Source of the DNA: an uncultured bacterium
GTDB lineage: Bacteria; Krumholzibacteriota; Krumholzibacteriia; Krumholzibacteriales; Krumholzibacteriaceae
Assembly (NCBI GenBank): GCA_963786935.1
Contig: CAWBAN010000003.1
Location: forward strand, 384,001-448,000
Reading direction: 5' to 3'
Length of the DNA: 64,000 bases
Position numbers and translations under genes: made by a program. The first letter of the stretch is position 1. Every line of letters begins with the position of its first letter. Below the pieces are notes generated by a model, which saw only the letters and a list, made by a program, of their open reading frames with translations, ran no database searches and was not told the DNA's origin. Shown piece after piece: positions 17,425-26,163 of the stretch.

Positions 17425-19101
17425 TCAGGCGGCCCCGCCGGCCGCGCGCCGCGAGAGGATCCGCGCCGCCTCGACGAGCAGCCAGACGCTCAAGACCAGG
17501 AGCACGATCCCGCTGATGCCCGCGATGGCGGCGTCGGGAGCGGCGTCGGCGCCCGCGAGGATCGCGCGCACCCACGGCATAATCTGCAGCACGAGAGACC
17601 ACAGCGTCATGACGAGCATGACCGCCATGGGAACGAGCGAGAATATCGCGTTCCGTCCCGTTTTGATGAGCCAGACCGACACGGCGAGCAGCGTGAGGCT
17701 CGCGAGCAGCTGGTTGCTCGTTCCGAAGATCGGCCACGCGACGAGGTACGCCTTTTCGCGGGCGAGCATGAGGAATACGGCCGGGATCGCGAGCGTGATG
17801 AAGGTCGCCGCCGCCTTCCCCGGCCACGACTGCCATCCGAAGAGCTCCTGGAGGATGTATCGCGCGAGGCGCGTGCAGACGTCGAGCGTGTCGTACACGA
17901 ACGTGGAGAACGCGAGCAGCGCGAAGGCGAGCGCGAGGTTGAAATCGATACCGACCATGCCGAGATACCGCGCGAGCCCCGTGCCGTAGATGACGTTCGG
18001 GTCGGCTTTGAGCGCGGCGTCCCCCTTCGGTATGAGCATGACCGTCGCCAGCGCCAGCACGGCGACGAGCCCCTCGAGGATCATCGCGCCGTAGCCGACG
18101 ACGCGTGTGTCCGACTCGCGGCAGATCTGCTTCGACGTCGTGCCGGAGCTCACGATGCCGTGAAATCCGGAGCATGCGCCGCACGCGATCGTGATGAAGA
18201 GAATGGGGATGAGTGACCTGCCGTTCGCGAGGCTGTGGAGCCCCGCGACGTTGAACGCCGGATATTCTATGCGGAAGCCGCCGAAGAGCGCCCCGAGAAG
18301 CGCCACCGCCATCGTGATATAGAGGAACCAGCCGCCGAGGTAGCCGCGCGGCTGGAGGAGAAGCCACATCGGGAGGAGCGACGCGACGAAGCAGTACGCG
18401 AGAAGAACGAGCTCCCACTGCTTGACGTGCACGCCGAGGAGCGCCGTGACGACGGGCTGCGGCAGGCGCGTGCCGAGCCAGATCACGAGGACGACGAGGG
18501 GGATGAAGATCGCGGTGGCCCGCCCGAGCCGCATCTTCATCTTGAAGAGCGCCACGCCCATGAGGAGCCCGAGGAGGAGATAGAGGAACGAGCTCGCCGC
18601 CACGCCGGGGCCGAAGGCGTTCTCCGCGAGAACCGACGTGAATGTCTGAGCGGTGATGTCGGTGAACGCGATGATGACGTAGACGAGGGTGAGCCAGACG
18701 AACACGAGGAAGAGGATCTGCGAGGTGCGCGACATGTACCGCTTGACGATCTCTCCGATCGAGGCCGCCCGGTGCCGCACCGAGGCGATGAGGCTCAGAA
18801 AATCGTGCACGCCGCCGACGAAAATCGCGCCGAGCAGGATCCACAGGAGCGCCGGGAGCCAGCCGAACCATATTCCGGCGAGGATCGGCCCGACGATGGG
18901 GCCCGCCGCCGCGATCGCGGAGAAGTGCTGTCCGAGGAGGAGGGAGGCCTTGGCGGGAACGTAATCGACGCCGTCCGTCATCTCGCAGGCGGGCGTGGGC
19001 TTCGAGTCGTCGAGGGCGAGGCGGCGGGACACGAAGCGGCCGTAGATGAAATACCCCGCGGCGAGGACGACGATCGAGATGAGCACGACGATCGCGATCA
19101 T
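17425..19101 (-). CDS. cstA: Carbon starvation protein A (CstA) family peptide/pyruvate transporter
   Basis: DGVDYVP, GQHFSAIAAAGPIVGP, GGVHD, ITIACGACSGFH, WPIFGTSNQLLA. Confidence 0.9.
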   Translation of the reverse strand: MIAIVVLISIVVLAAGYFIYGRFVSRRLALDDSKPTPACEMTDGVDYVPAKASLLLGQHFSAIAAAGPIVGPILAGIWFGWLPALLWILLGAIFVGGVHDFLSLIASVRHRAASIGEIVKRYMSRTSQILFLVFVWLTLVYVIIAFTDITAQTFTSVLAENAFGPGVAASSFLYLLLGLLMGVALFKMKMRLGRATAIFIPLVVLVIWLGTRLPQPVVTALLGVHVKQWELVLLAYCFVASLLPMWLLLQPRGYLGGWFLYITMAVALLGALFGGFRIEYPAFNVAGLHSLANGRSLIPILFITIACGACSGFHGIVSSGTTSKQICRESDTRVVGYGAMILEGLVAVLALATVMLIPKGDAALKADPNVIYGTGLARYLGMVGIDFNLALAFALLAFSTFVYDTLDVCTRLARYILQELFGWQSWPGKAAATFITLAIPAVFLMLAREKAYLVAWPIFGTSNQLLASLTLLAVSVWLIKTGRNAIFSLVPMAVMLVMTLWSLVLQIMPWVRAILAGADAAPDAAIAGISGIVLLVLSVWLLVEAARILSRRAAGGAA

Positions 19102-19213
19102 GGACACGCATTATACACGAGTGCTATCCTCGCGGGGAAGATCAATTGCGGCGCGGTCCGCTCCCGGCGCGCCGCGGCTTCCTCCATGCGCTCGGTCGAG
19201 AGGTGATGATTCG

Positions 19214-21760
19214 ATGAAATCGAGATCGCTATCGGCGGCCGCCCGGCTGTCGCTGTTCGCGGCGCTGATGCTCGCGGCCGCGCTCGCCCGCGCGGCGCAG
19301 GATACGATTTCCGTGCGGGAGGCGCTCGCGCTTCCCGTTCCGAAAGGCTACGCCGAGGTGGTCGTCGCGCCGAACCCCGTCGAGGCCGCGCTCGCCCTCG
19401 GCTCGTGGGGGGCGCCGAAGCCGGGGGACGCCGTCGCGTGGCCGGGGCGGGGGGAGGTGTCGTGGCGTCCGATCGCGGCGGACTCGCAGGGGTGGTTCAC
19501 CGACAGCGTGCTCGCCGGGTGCTACGTGTACGTTCCGGTCGAACGGTCGCGCCGCGGCGTGATGATTCTCCGGGCGAAGGGGAACGAGCTCGCGTACGTG
19601 AACGGCGCCCCGCGTTCGGGGAATCCGTACTGTCTCAAGGACGGACGCGAGTCGTGGGAGCCGAACTTCGATTATTCGTCGCTCCCCGTGATGCTCGAGA
19701 AGGGGCGAAACGATCTGATCTTCCGCTGCGGCCGGGAGCGGCTCAAGGCGACGCTGTGCGCGCCGTCGAAGAGCGTATTCCTGAACGCGGACGACGTGAC
19801 CGTGCCCGATATCGTGCTCCTCCAGAAGACCGACGCGTGGGGCTCGATCGTCGTCGTGAACGCCGGGACGGAGCCGCTCGCCGGCCTCGTTCTCCGGACG
19901 TCGATCGGCGGCGCCGCGGTCGATACCCCCGTGCCGGTCATTCAGCCGCTTTCGGTGCGGAAGGCCGGTTTCCGCTTCGTCGACGCTCCGCGGGAGGAGC
20001 CGGGCGCCGCGAACGTGGAGATCGCGCTTCTCCGGAACGCCGGCGGCGCGGAGGCCTTTCTCGACGCCGCCTCGATTCCGCTCCGGGTCGTTCCGCGGAG
20101 CGAAAACCGCAAGGAGACGTTCGTCAGCGCGATCGACGGCAGCGTTCAGTATTACGGAATCAATCCCGCGTTCACCGGAGACCGGCAGGAGCCGCGCGCG
20201 CTCATCCTCTCGCTCCACGGGGCCTCCGTGGAAGCGGTGAATCAATCCGCCTCGTACGGTCCCCGGACGTGGGCGCACGTCGTCGCCCCGACGAACCGCC
20301 GCCCCTACGGCTTCAACTGGGAGGAATGGGGACGCCTCGACGCGCTCGAAGCGCTCGCCGTCGCGGCGAGCCGCTACCGGATCGACGACGATCGAATCTA
20401 CCTCACGGGCCATTCGATGGGCGGGCACGGCACATGGCACATCGGATCGCTCTATCCCGACCGCTTCGCCGCGATCGGCCCGAGCGCCGGATGGATCTCC
20501 TTCTGGACCTACCGCTTCCGGGGAATCGATCTCGGCGATACGACGGCCGTGCGGCGCATGATCCGCCGCGCGACGACGCCGAGCGAGACCTTCATGCACG
20601 CGCCGAATCTCGCGCAGCTCGGCGTGTACATCCTCCACGGGGCCGACGACGACAACGTGCCGGTCACCGAAGCGCGCTCGATGGTCGAGCGGCTGAGCTC
20701 GTTCCACCGGGACTTCGTCTATCACGAGCAGCCGGGCGTCGGCCACTGGTGGGATCTCTCCGACGCCCCGGGGGTCGATTGCGTCGACTGGGCGCCGATG
20801 TTCGATTTCTTCGCGCGTCACGCGCGGCCCGGGAAAGCCAAGATTCGCGAGATACGTTTCCTCACGTCGAATCCCGGCGTCTCCGCGCGGAACAACTGGC
20901 TCGTCATCGACGCGCAGGCGAGGCAGGGCGAAATGAGCGCCGTCGACATCCGTCTCGAGCCGGGGGACGCGCGCACCGGAGCGCCGGCCCGATTCTCCGG
21001 CACGACGGAGAACGTCGCGCGCATCGCGTTCGATCTCGACGTTCTCCGGAACCCCGCCCCGATCGCGGTCGAGCTGGACGGCCAGACGCTCGCCGGCATC
21101 CCATGGCCGGGCGGGCGGTATCAGCTGTGGCTCGAGCGAAGGAACGGCGTCTGGGCCGCCGCGGGCGAACCGAGCCCCGATCTCAAGGGCTCCCGCCGCT
21201 CCGGCGGCTTCAAGGAGGCCTTCCGCAACCGCCTCATGCTCGTCTTCGGGACGAAGGGAAACGCGCGCGAGAACGCGTGGGCCTTCGACAAGGCCCGCTA
21301 CGACGCCGAGAAGCTGTGGTATCAGGGGAACGGCTCCGTCGACGTCGTCGCCGACGTCGATTTCGATCCGTCCGCCGAGCCCGATCGGAACGTCATCCTC
21401 TACGGGAACGGGAATACGAACGCCGCGTGGAAGGCGCTTCTCGGGGGGAGCCCCGTGCTCGTCGGCACGGGCCGGGTGAAGGTCGGCGCCCGCGCGATTT
21501 CGGGAAAGAACCTCTGCTGCGTCTTCATCCGCCCTCGTCCGGGGAGCCCGACCGCGAGCGTCGGCGCCGTCTCGGGCACGAGCCTCGCCGGCATGAAGCT
21601 CGCGAACCGGATTCCGTATCTCAGCCCCGGCATCAATCTCCCCGACTGCACCGTTTTCGATCCCCGCGTCCTCACGGAGGGGGACGCCGGCGTTCTCCTG
21701 ACGGGCTTCTTCGGCCTTGACTGGGGCGCCGAATCAGGCGAATTTGTAATTGGGAAATGA
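19214..21760 (+). CDS. Secreted multidomain alpha/beta hydrolase (prolyl oligopeptidase/esterase-like)
   Basis: Signal peptide, nucleophile elbow YLTGHSMGG, acid LHGADDDNVP, base GHWW. Confidence 0.8.
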   Translation: MKSRSLSAAARLSLFAALMLAAALARAAQDTISVREALALPVPKGYAEVVVAPNPVEAALALGSWGAPKPGDAVAWPGRGEVSWRPIAADSQGWFTDSVLAGCYVYVPVERSRRGVMILRAKGNELAYVNGAPRSGNPYCLKDGRESWEPNFDYSSLPVMLEKGRNDLIFRCGRERLKATLCAPSKSVFLNADDVTVPDIVLLQKTDAWGSIVVVNAGTEPLAGLVLRTSIGGAAVDTPVPVIQPLSVRKAGFRFVDAPREEPGAANVEIALLRNAGGAEAFLDAASIPLRVVPRSENRKETFVSAIDGSVQYYGINPAFTGDRQEPRALILSLHGASVEAVNQSASYGPRTWAHVVAPTNRRPYGFNWEEWGRLDALEALAVAASRYRIDDDRIYLTGHSMGGHGTWHIGSLYPDRFAAIGPSAGWISFWTYRFRGIDLGDTTAVRRMIRRATTPSETFMHAPNLAQLGVYILHGADDDNVPVTEARSMVERLSSFHRDFVYHEQPGVGHWWDLSDAPGVDCVDWAPMFDFFARHARPGKAKIREIRFLTSNPGVSARNNWLVIDAQARQGEMSAVDIRLEPGDARTGAPARFSGTTENVARIAFDLDVLRNPAPIAVELDGQTLAGIPWPGGRYQLWLERRNGVWAAAGEPSPDLKGSRRSGGFKEAFRNRLMLVFGTKGNARENAWAFDKARYDAEKLWYQGNGSVDVVADVDFDPSAEPDRNVILYGNGNTNAAWKALLGGSPVLVGTGRVKVGARAISGKNLCCVFIRPRPGSPTASVGAVSGTSLAGMKLANRIPYLSPGINLPDCTVFDPRVLTEGDAGVLLTGFFGLDWGAESGEFVIGK

Positions 21761-21791
21761 GAGGAACGGCCATGAACCCGGCCGGTGATTC

Positions 21792-22973
21792 ATGAAGATA
21801 TTCCGGTTGAATGCACCGATCCTCGCTGCGTTTCTCGCGATTTTCGCAATCATGTTCCTTTCGCTTCCCGCGAAGTGCCGCACGTGGCGCGTCGCGGTCG
21901 ACCGGACCGGGGACGCCCCGACGATCCAGGCGGCGATCGATTCGGCCGCGGAGGGGGACGAGGTCCTCGTCGGCCCCGGCACGTACACCTGGACCAACCA
22001 GGGCACCGGCGAGACGGCGGGATTCATCAGGTTCCTCACCGGCCAGGAGGGGATCACGCTCCGGAGCGAGCTCGGCCCGGAGAACACGATCCTCGACGCC
22101 GAGTACAACAGCCGGGTCATCTACGTTCACGCCCATAACCGTATCACCGTCGACGGATTCACGATCAAGCACGGCGTCGCGCCCGCCTTCGGGGACTACG
22201 TGGGCGGCGGCCTCTTCACGCACATCGCCCGCGAGGTCGTCCGCAACTGCATCTTCATCGAAAACCGGGCGAAGTCCGGCGGCGGCATCTCCTGCTGCGT
22301 CAACGACGGATTCCTCCGTGTGGAGAGCTGCACCTTCATCGACAACGAAGCGGTGAGCGGCGGGGGAGCGCTGCTCCTCTTCAACGGCACCGGAACGTGC
22401 TCCGTGAGCGATTGCGTCATCACGAACAACCGCGCGGGGACCAGGGGCGGCGGGATCTATCAGGGCGATTGCAACGCCGTTATTGAACGCTGCGTCATAT
22501 CGGGAAACGAAGCGGGAGCCGAGGGCAGCGGCTACTGCCAATCCTCGGGGAAAACGGCCGTGATATCAGCCTGCACGTTCAGCCGCAACGGCGCGGCCAA
22601 CGCCGTCATACACGCCAAGGGAGGTTCCGTTCTCTCGCTCGAGCGCCTCATCGTGGCCTTCAATATCGCGCCCGCCCTCGGGATCGACGCGACGTCGAGC
22701 GGCTCCTTCGGCTGCGGCGACGTATTCGGCAATATCGGCGGGGACGGTATTCCGGCCGGTTTCGTCCGGAAGGGCACCAACATCTCCGCGGATCCGCTCT
22801 TCTGCGACGCGCTCGGCTCGGAGAACTACTACCTGCGGAGCGACTCTCCGTGCGTTCCCGAGAATCAGGACTTCGACGAGATCTGCCTGCCGATGGGCGC
22901 CCGTCCCGTCGCGTGCGGCGGCGTCGCCGTCGAGCGGTCCACGTGGGGAAGCATCAAGAGCATTTTCCGCTGA
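21792..22973 (+). CDS. Secreted right-handed parallel beta-helix protein with C-terminal TWGxIK motif
   Basis: Signal peptide, TIQAAIDSA..GDEVLVGPGTY, repeated NxA..GGGI units, ADPLFC...LRSDSPC, terminal STWGSIKSIFR. Confidence 0.82.
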   Translation: MKIFRLNAPILAAFLAIFAIMFLSLPAKCRTWRVAVDRTGDAPTIQAAIDSAAEGDEVLVGPGTYTWTNQGTGETAGFIRFLTGQEGITLRSELGPENTILDAEYNSRVIYVHAHNRITVDGFTIKHGVAPAFGDYVGGGLFTHIAREVVRNCIFIENRAKSGGGISCCVNDGFLRVESCTFIDNEAVSGGGALLLFNGTGTCSVSDCVITNNRAGTRGGGIYQGDCNAVIERCVISGNEAGAEGSGYCQSSGKTAVISACTFSRNGAANAVIHAKGGSVLSLERLIVAFNIAPALGIDATSSGSFGCGDVFGNIGGDGIPAGFVRKGTNISADPLFCDALGSENYYLRSDSPCVPENQDFDEICLPMGARPVACGGVAVERSTWGSIKSIFR

Positions 22974-23006
22974 CATTCATCCGGGGAACGGCGCTTCGAC
23001 CGTCTC

Positions 23007-26000
23007 TCAACGCGCGCCGGGCACGCGGGCGGGAGCGCCGGCGGCGCCGGGAACGTCCGGGGGAGCGGTCGCCGCGCCCGGAACGGTGCCGCGCGCTTCC
23101 GCGCGGACGCGCTGGGCCCACGCCCGCGCGTCGTCGAGCAGGATGTAGATCGTCGGAAGCAGGAGCAGCGTGACGAGCGTCGAGAAGGTGAGTCCGCCCA
23201 CGATCGCCCGCGCCATGGGGAAGTAGGGAGGGCCGCCGCTGCCGCCGATCGACGTCTTGAGAATGGACAGCGGAACGAGGTTCAGCACCGTCGTCGCGGC
23301 GGTCATCAGGATCGGACGCATCCGGTCCCTTCCGGCCTGGAGAATCGCCGCGTCGCGCGCGAGCCCCGCGGCCCTGAGCTGGTTGATGTGGTCGACGAGC
23401 ACGATGCCGTTGTTGACCACGACCCCGATGAGTATGAGGATCCCGATCATTCCCATGAGCGACATGGTCGTCCTCGTGATGAGGAAGAACCAGAAGACGC
23501 CGACCACGGAGAAGATGATCTGCGTCCAGATGGCCGCGGGGAAGAGGAGCGATTCGAAGAGGGCGGCCATGACGAAATAGATGAGCGCGAGCGCGAGGAG
23601 CATGTTGACGAGCATCGTGTTCATCATCCGCTTGTCTTCGGTGAAGCTCTCGCCGAAGTTCCACGAATAGCCGGGTGGGAGGGCGTAGTTGGCGAGCGCG
23701 TTCGAGATCTTGTTCCGCGCCTCTCCCATCGTGATCTTGTCGAGATTGGCCGACACGCCGATGGCGGCCGTCCGGTTCTCCCGATGAATGTTCCGCGGCC
23801 CCGGCCGGACGTAGAAGTCGGCGACGGAGGCGAGCTTGACGGTGTTGTTGCCGCCCCGCCCCATGAGCGGCACGTTCTCGAGCTGATCGATCGTCTGGCG
23901 GTCCCGGTCCTGGAACTCGAGACGCATCTCGACCTCGCCCTCGTCGGTCCGGAACCGGCGCAGGTTGATGCCGCGCATGGCGGCCGAAACGACCTGCGCG
24001 ATCTCCTCCGTCGAGAAGCCCTGCTGGCGCGCGCGATCCCGGTCGACGACGACCTGCACTTCCTTCCGCCCGACCTCCGCCTCGGACCGGACGTCCTTGA
24101 AGCCGGGGACCCGCGACATCGTCCAGGCGACGTCCTTCGCGATCTCGATGAGGTCGGCGCTCGATTTTCCGATGAGCTGGATGCGCACGGGCGTCCCCTG
24201 ACCCCCCTGGTTCCTGAAATCGAACGAGGGATTCGCGATGGCGAGCGTCGGGAGATCCTTGCGGATCGCCTCCTCGACTTCCTTCATCGATTTCTTCGCC
24301 GCGCGCCCTTTGACGAGATTGATCGTCGACATCGCGTAGTCGCCCTGGTAGTACGTATACACCGACTCGATCTCGAAGTCGGCCTTGTGGTCGAAGAAAT
24401 ACTTCTCGTAGACGTCGACCGTCTCCTCGATCTTCTCGAGCGTGTACGCGCCGTTGATGTTGTAGAAGAACCGGAGCCGCCGGTCCTCCTGCTCGCCGAA
24501 CATGTCCATCTTGACGAACTTCACGGGCACGGCCACCGAGAGCAGGACGCCGAGGATAATGAGAACGCTCGCGCGCCGATGAGCGAGCGTCCAGGCGAGG
24601 GCCCGTCCGTAGCGGATCTGGAGCCGGTCGATCGAGGTCTCCTTCTTCTTCGCCGGGGGCTTGATGCGCGCCGCGAGCATCGGCACGACCGTCAGCGAGA
24701 CGAGGAGCGAGATGCCGAGCGCGATGCAGATCGTGATCGCGATATGCTTCAGGTAAATGGCGATCTCGTCCTTCGGGCTCACGATATTCGGCAGAAACAC
24801 GATGCAGGTGGTGATCGTGCCGGCGGTGACGGCGAGCGCGACCTCGCGCACGCCGATCTGGATCACGTCCTTCCGGGACGGATCGAGCAGCTGGTGGCGC
24901 TGGATGCTCTCCGTGACGACGACCGCGTTGTCGACGAGCATGCCGATGGCGAGCATGAGCCCGAGCATGGAGAGGATATTGAGCGAGACGCCGAGGAAGT
25001 ACATGAAGATGAGGGTGACGAGCACCGAGAGCGGCGCCGCCAGCGCGATCATGAAGGTCGTCGCCCAGCGCCGCATGAAGAAAAAGAGGACGACGACGGC
25101 GAGAACGCCCCCGATCAGTCCCGAATTGAGGATCTCCCGGAGCGAGCTCGTCACCCCGTCGGCCTGGTTGTCCATGTACATGATGCTGATGCCGGTCATC
25201 TCGGGGAGCTTTTTGATCTCCTCGACCTCGGCGAGAATGCTCTTCGTCACGCCGACGAGATTCGCGCCCGCTTCCTTGTAGACGTCGATGCCGATCGCGT
25301 AGCGGCGGTTGAGGTGCCGGCCGTACTCGAGCTTGGGATGCTCGTAGAAGATCGTCGCCACGTCCTTGAGCCGAAGCCCGTTCGGACCGACCGCGACCTC
25401 GCCGATGTCCTCGACGCTCGCGAATTCCTCGATGGGGCGCACGACGAAGCGCTGCCCCTCGTCGGTGATCTTGCCCGCCGTGACGAGGAAGTTGCTCCGG
25501 CGCAGCGTTTCGACGAGGCGCGCGATGTCGACGCGATGCGCGATGATCCGGTCGGCGAGGAGCTGGATGCGGATCTCCTTCCGCGAGATGCCGTAGAGAT
25601 CGACCCGCGAAACGCCGTCGATACGCTCGATGCGCCGCTTCACGTTGCGGTTCAGCATGTCGTAGGCGTTCGAGAGGTCCCGGTCGCTCGAGATGCGCAG
25701 GATCAGTATCTGCATGTCGGAGGTGGAGAATTTTCTGACGTAGAATCTCTGGAAGTCGTCGGGGAAGAGATGGCGGATGCCGTCGAGCTTCTCCTTCGCC
25801 TCGAGCGCCTTGACGTTCGCGTCGAGGCCCCAGTCGAACTCGAGGTTGATGCTCGCGCCGTTCTCCCCCGAGTCGGATACCATGCGCTTGATGCCGCTGA
25901 TCGTGGCGAGCGCCTCCTCGGCGGGCTTGGTGATCTGGCGCTCGATCTCCTCGGGGGTCGAATTGGGGTAGGGGAGCTCGATGCCGAGGAAGGGAGCGTC

Positions 26001-26120
26001 GAGGGAGGGGAAGAATTCGAGCGGGAGGAGCCGCGAAGCGACGACGCCGAGCACGACGCAGCAGGCGAGGATCATGAGCATCGTCACGGGGCGCCTGATC
26101 GCGGTTTCGGTGATATTCAT
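23007..26120 (-). CDS. AcrB/AcrD/AcrF family RND permease subunit 2
   Basis: AIRRPVT, GMLVDNAVVVTE, FES, GVVVNNGIVLVD, RMRPILMTA. Confidence 0.92.
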   Translation of the reverse strand: MNITETAIRRPVTMLMILACCVVLGVVASRLLPLEFFPSLDAPFLGIELPYPNSTPEEIERQITKPAEEALATISGIKRMVSDSGENGASINLEFDWGLDANVKALEAKEKLDGIRHLFPDDFQRFYVRKFSTSDMQILILRISSDRDLSNAYDMLNRNVKRRIERIDGVSRVDLYGISRKEIRIQLLADRIIAHRVDIARLVETLRRSNFLVTAGKITDEGQRFVVRPIEEFASVEDIGEVAVGPNGLRLKDVATIFYEHPKLEYGRHLNRRYAIGIDVYKEAGANLVGVTKSILAEVEEIKKLPEMTGISIMYMDNQADGVTSSLREILNSGLIGGVLAVVVLFFFMRRWATTFMIALAAPLSVLVTLIFMYFLGVSLNILSMLGLMLAIGMLVDNAVVVTESIQRHQLLDPSRKDVIQIGVREVALAVTAGTITTCIVFLPNIVSPKDEIAIYLKHIAITICIALGISLLVSLTVVPMLAARIKPPAKKKETSIDRLQIRYGRALAWTLAHRRASVLIILGVLLSVAVPVKFVKMDMFGEQEDRRLRFFYNINGAYTLEKIEETVDVYEKYFFDHKADFEIESVYTYYQGDYAMSTINLVKGRAAKKSMKEVEEAIRKDLPTLAIANPSFDFRNQGGQGTPVRIQLIGKSSADLIEIAKDVAWTMSRVPGFKDVRSEAEVGRKEVQVVVDRDRARQQGFSTEEIAQVVSAAMRGINLRRFRTDEGEVEMRLEFQDRDRQTIDQLENVPLMGRGGNNTVKLASVADFYVRPGPRNIHRENRTAAIGVSANLDKITMGEARNKISNALANYALPPGYSWNFGESFTEDKRMMNTMLVNMLLALALIYFVMAALFESLLFPAAIWTQIIFSVVGVFWFFLITRTTMSLMGMIGILILIGVVVNNGIVLVDHINQLRAAGLARDAAILQAGRDRMRPILMTAATTVLNLVPLSILKTSIGGSGGPPYFPMARAIVGGLTFSTLVTLLLLPTIYILLDDARAWAQRVRAEARGTVPGAATAPPDVPGAAGAPARVPGAR

Positions 26121-26163
26121 GCGGGTGTCTCCCGCCCGCGCCGTTCCGCGGCGGCGCCGGGCG

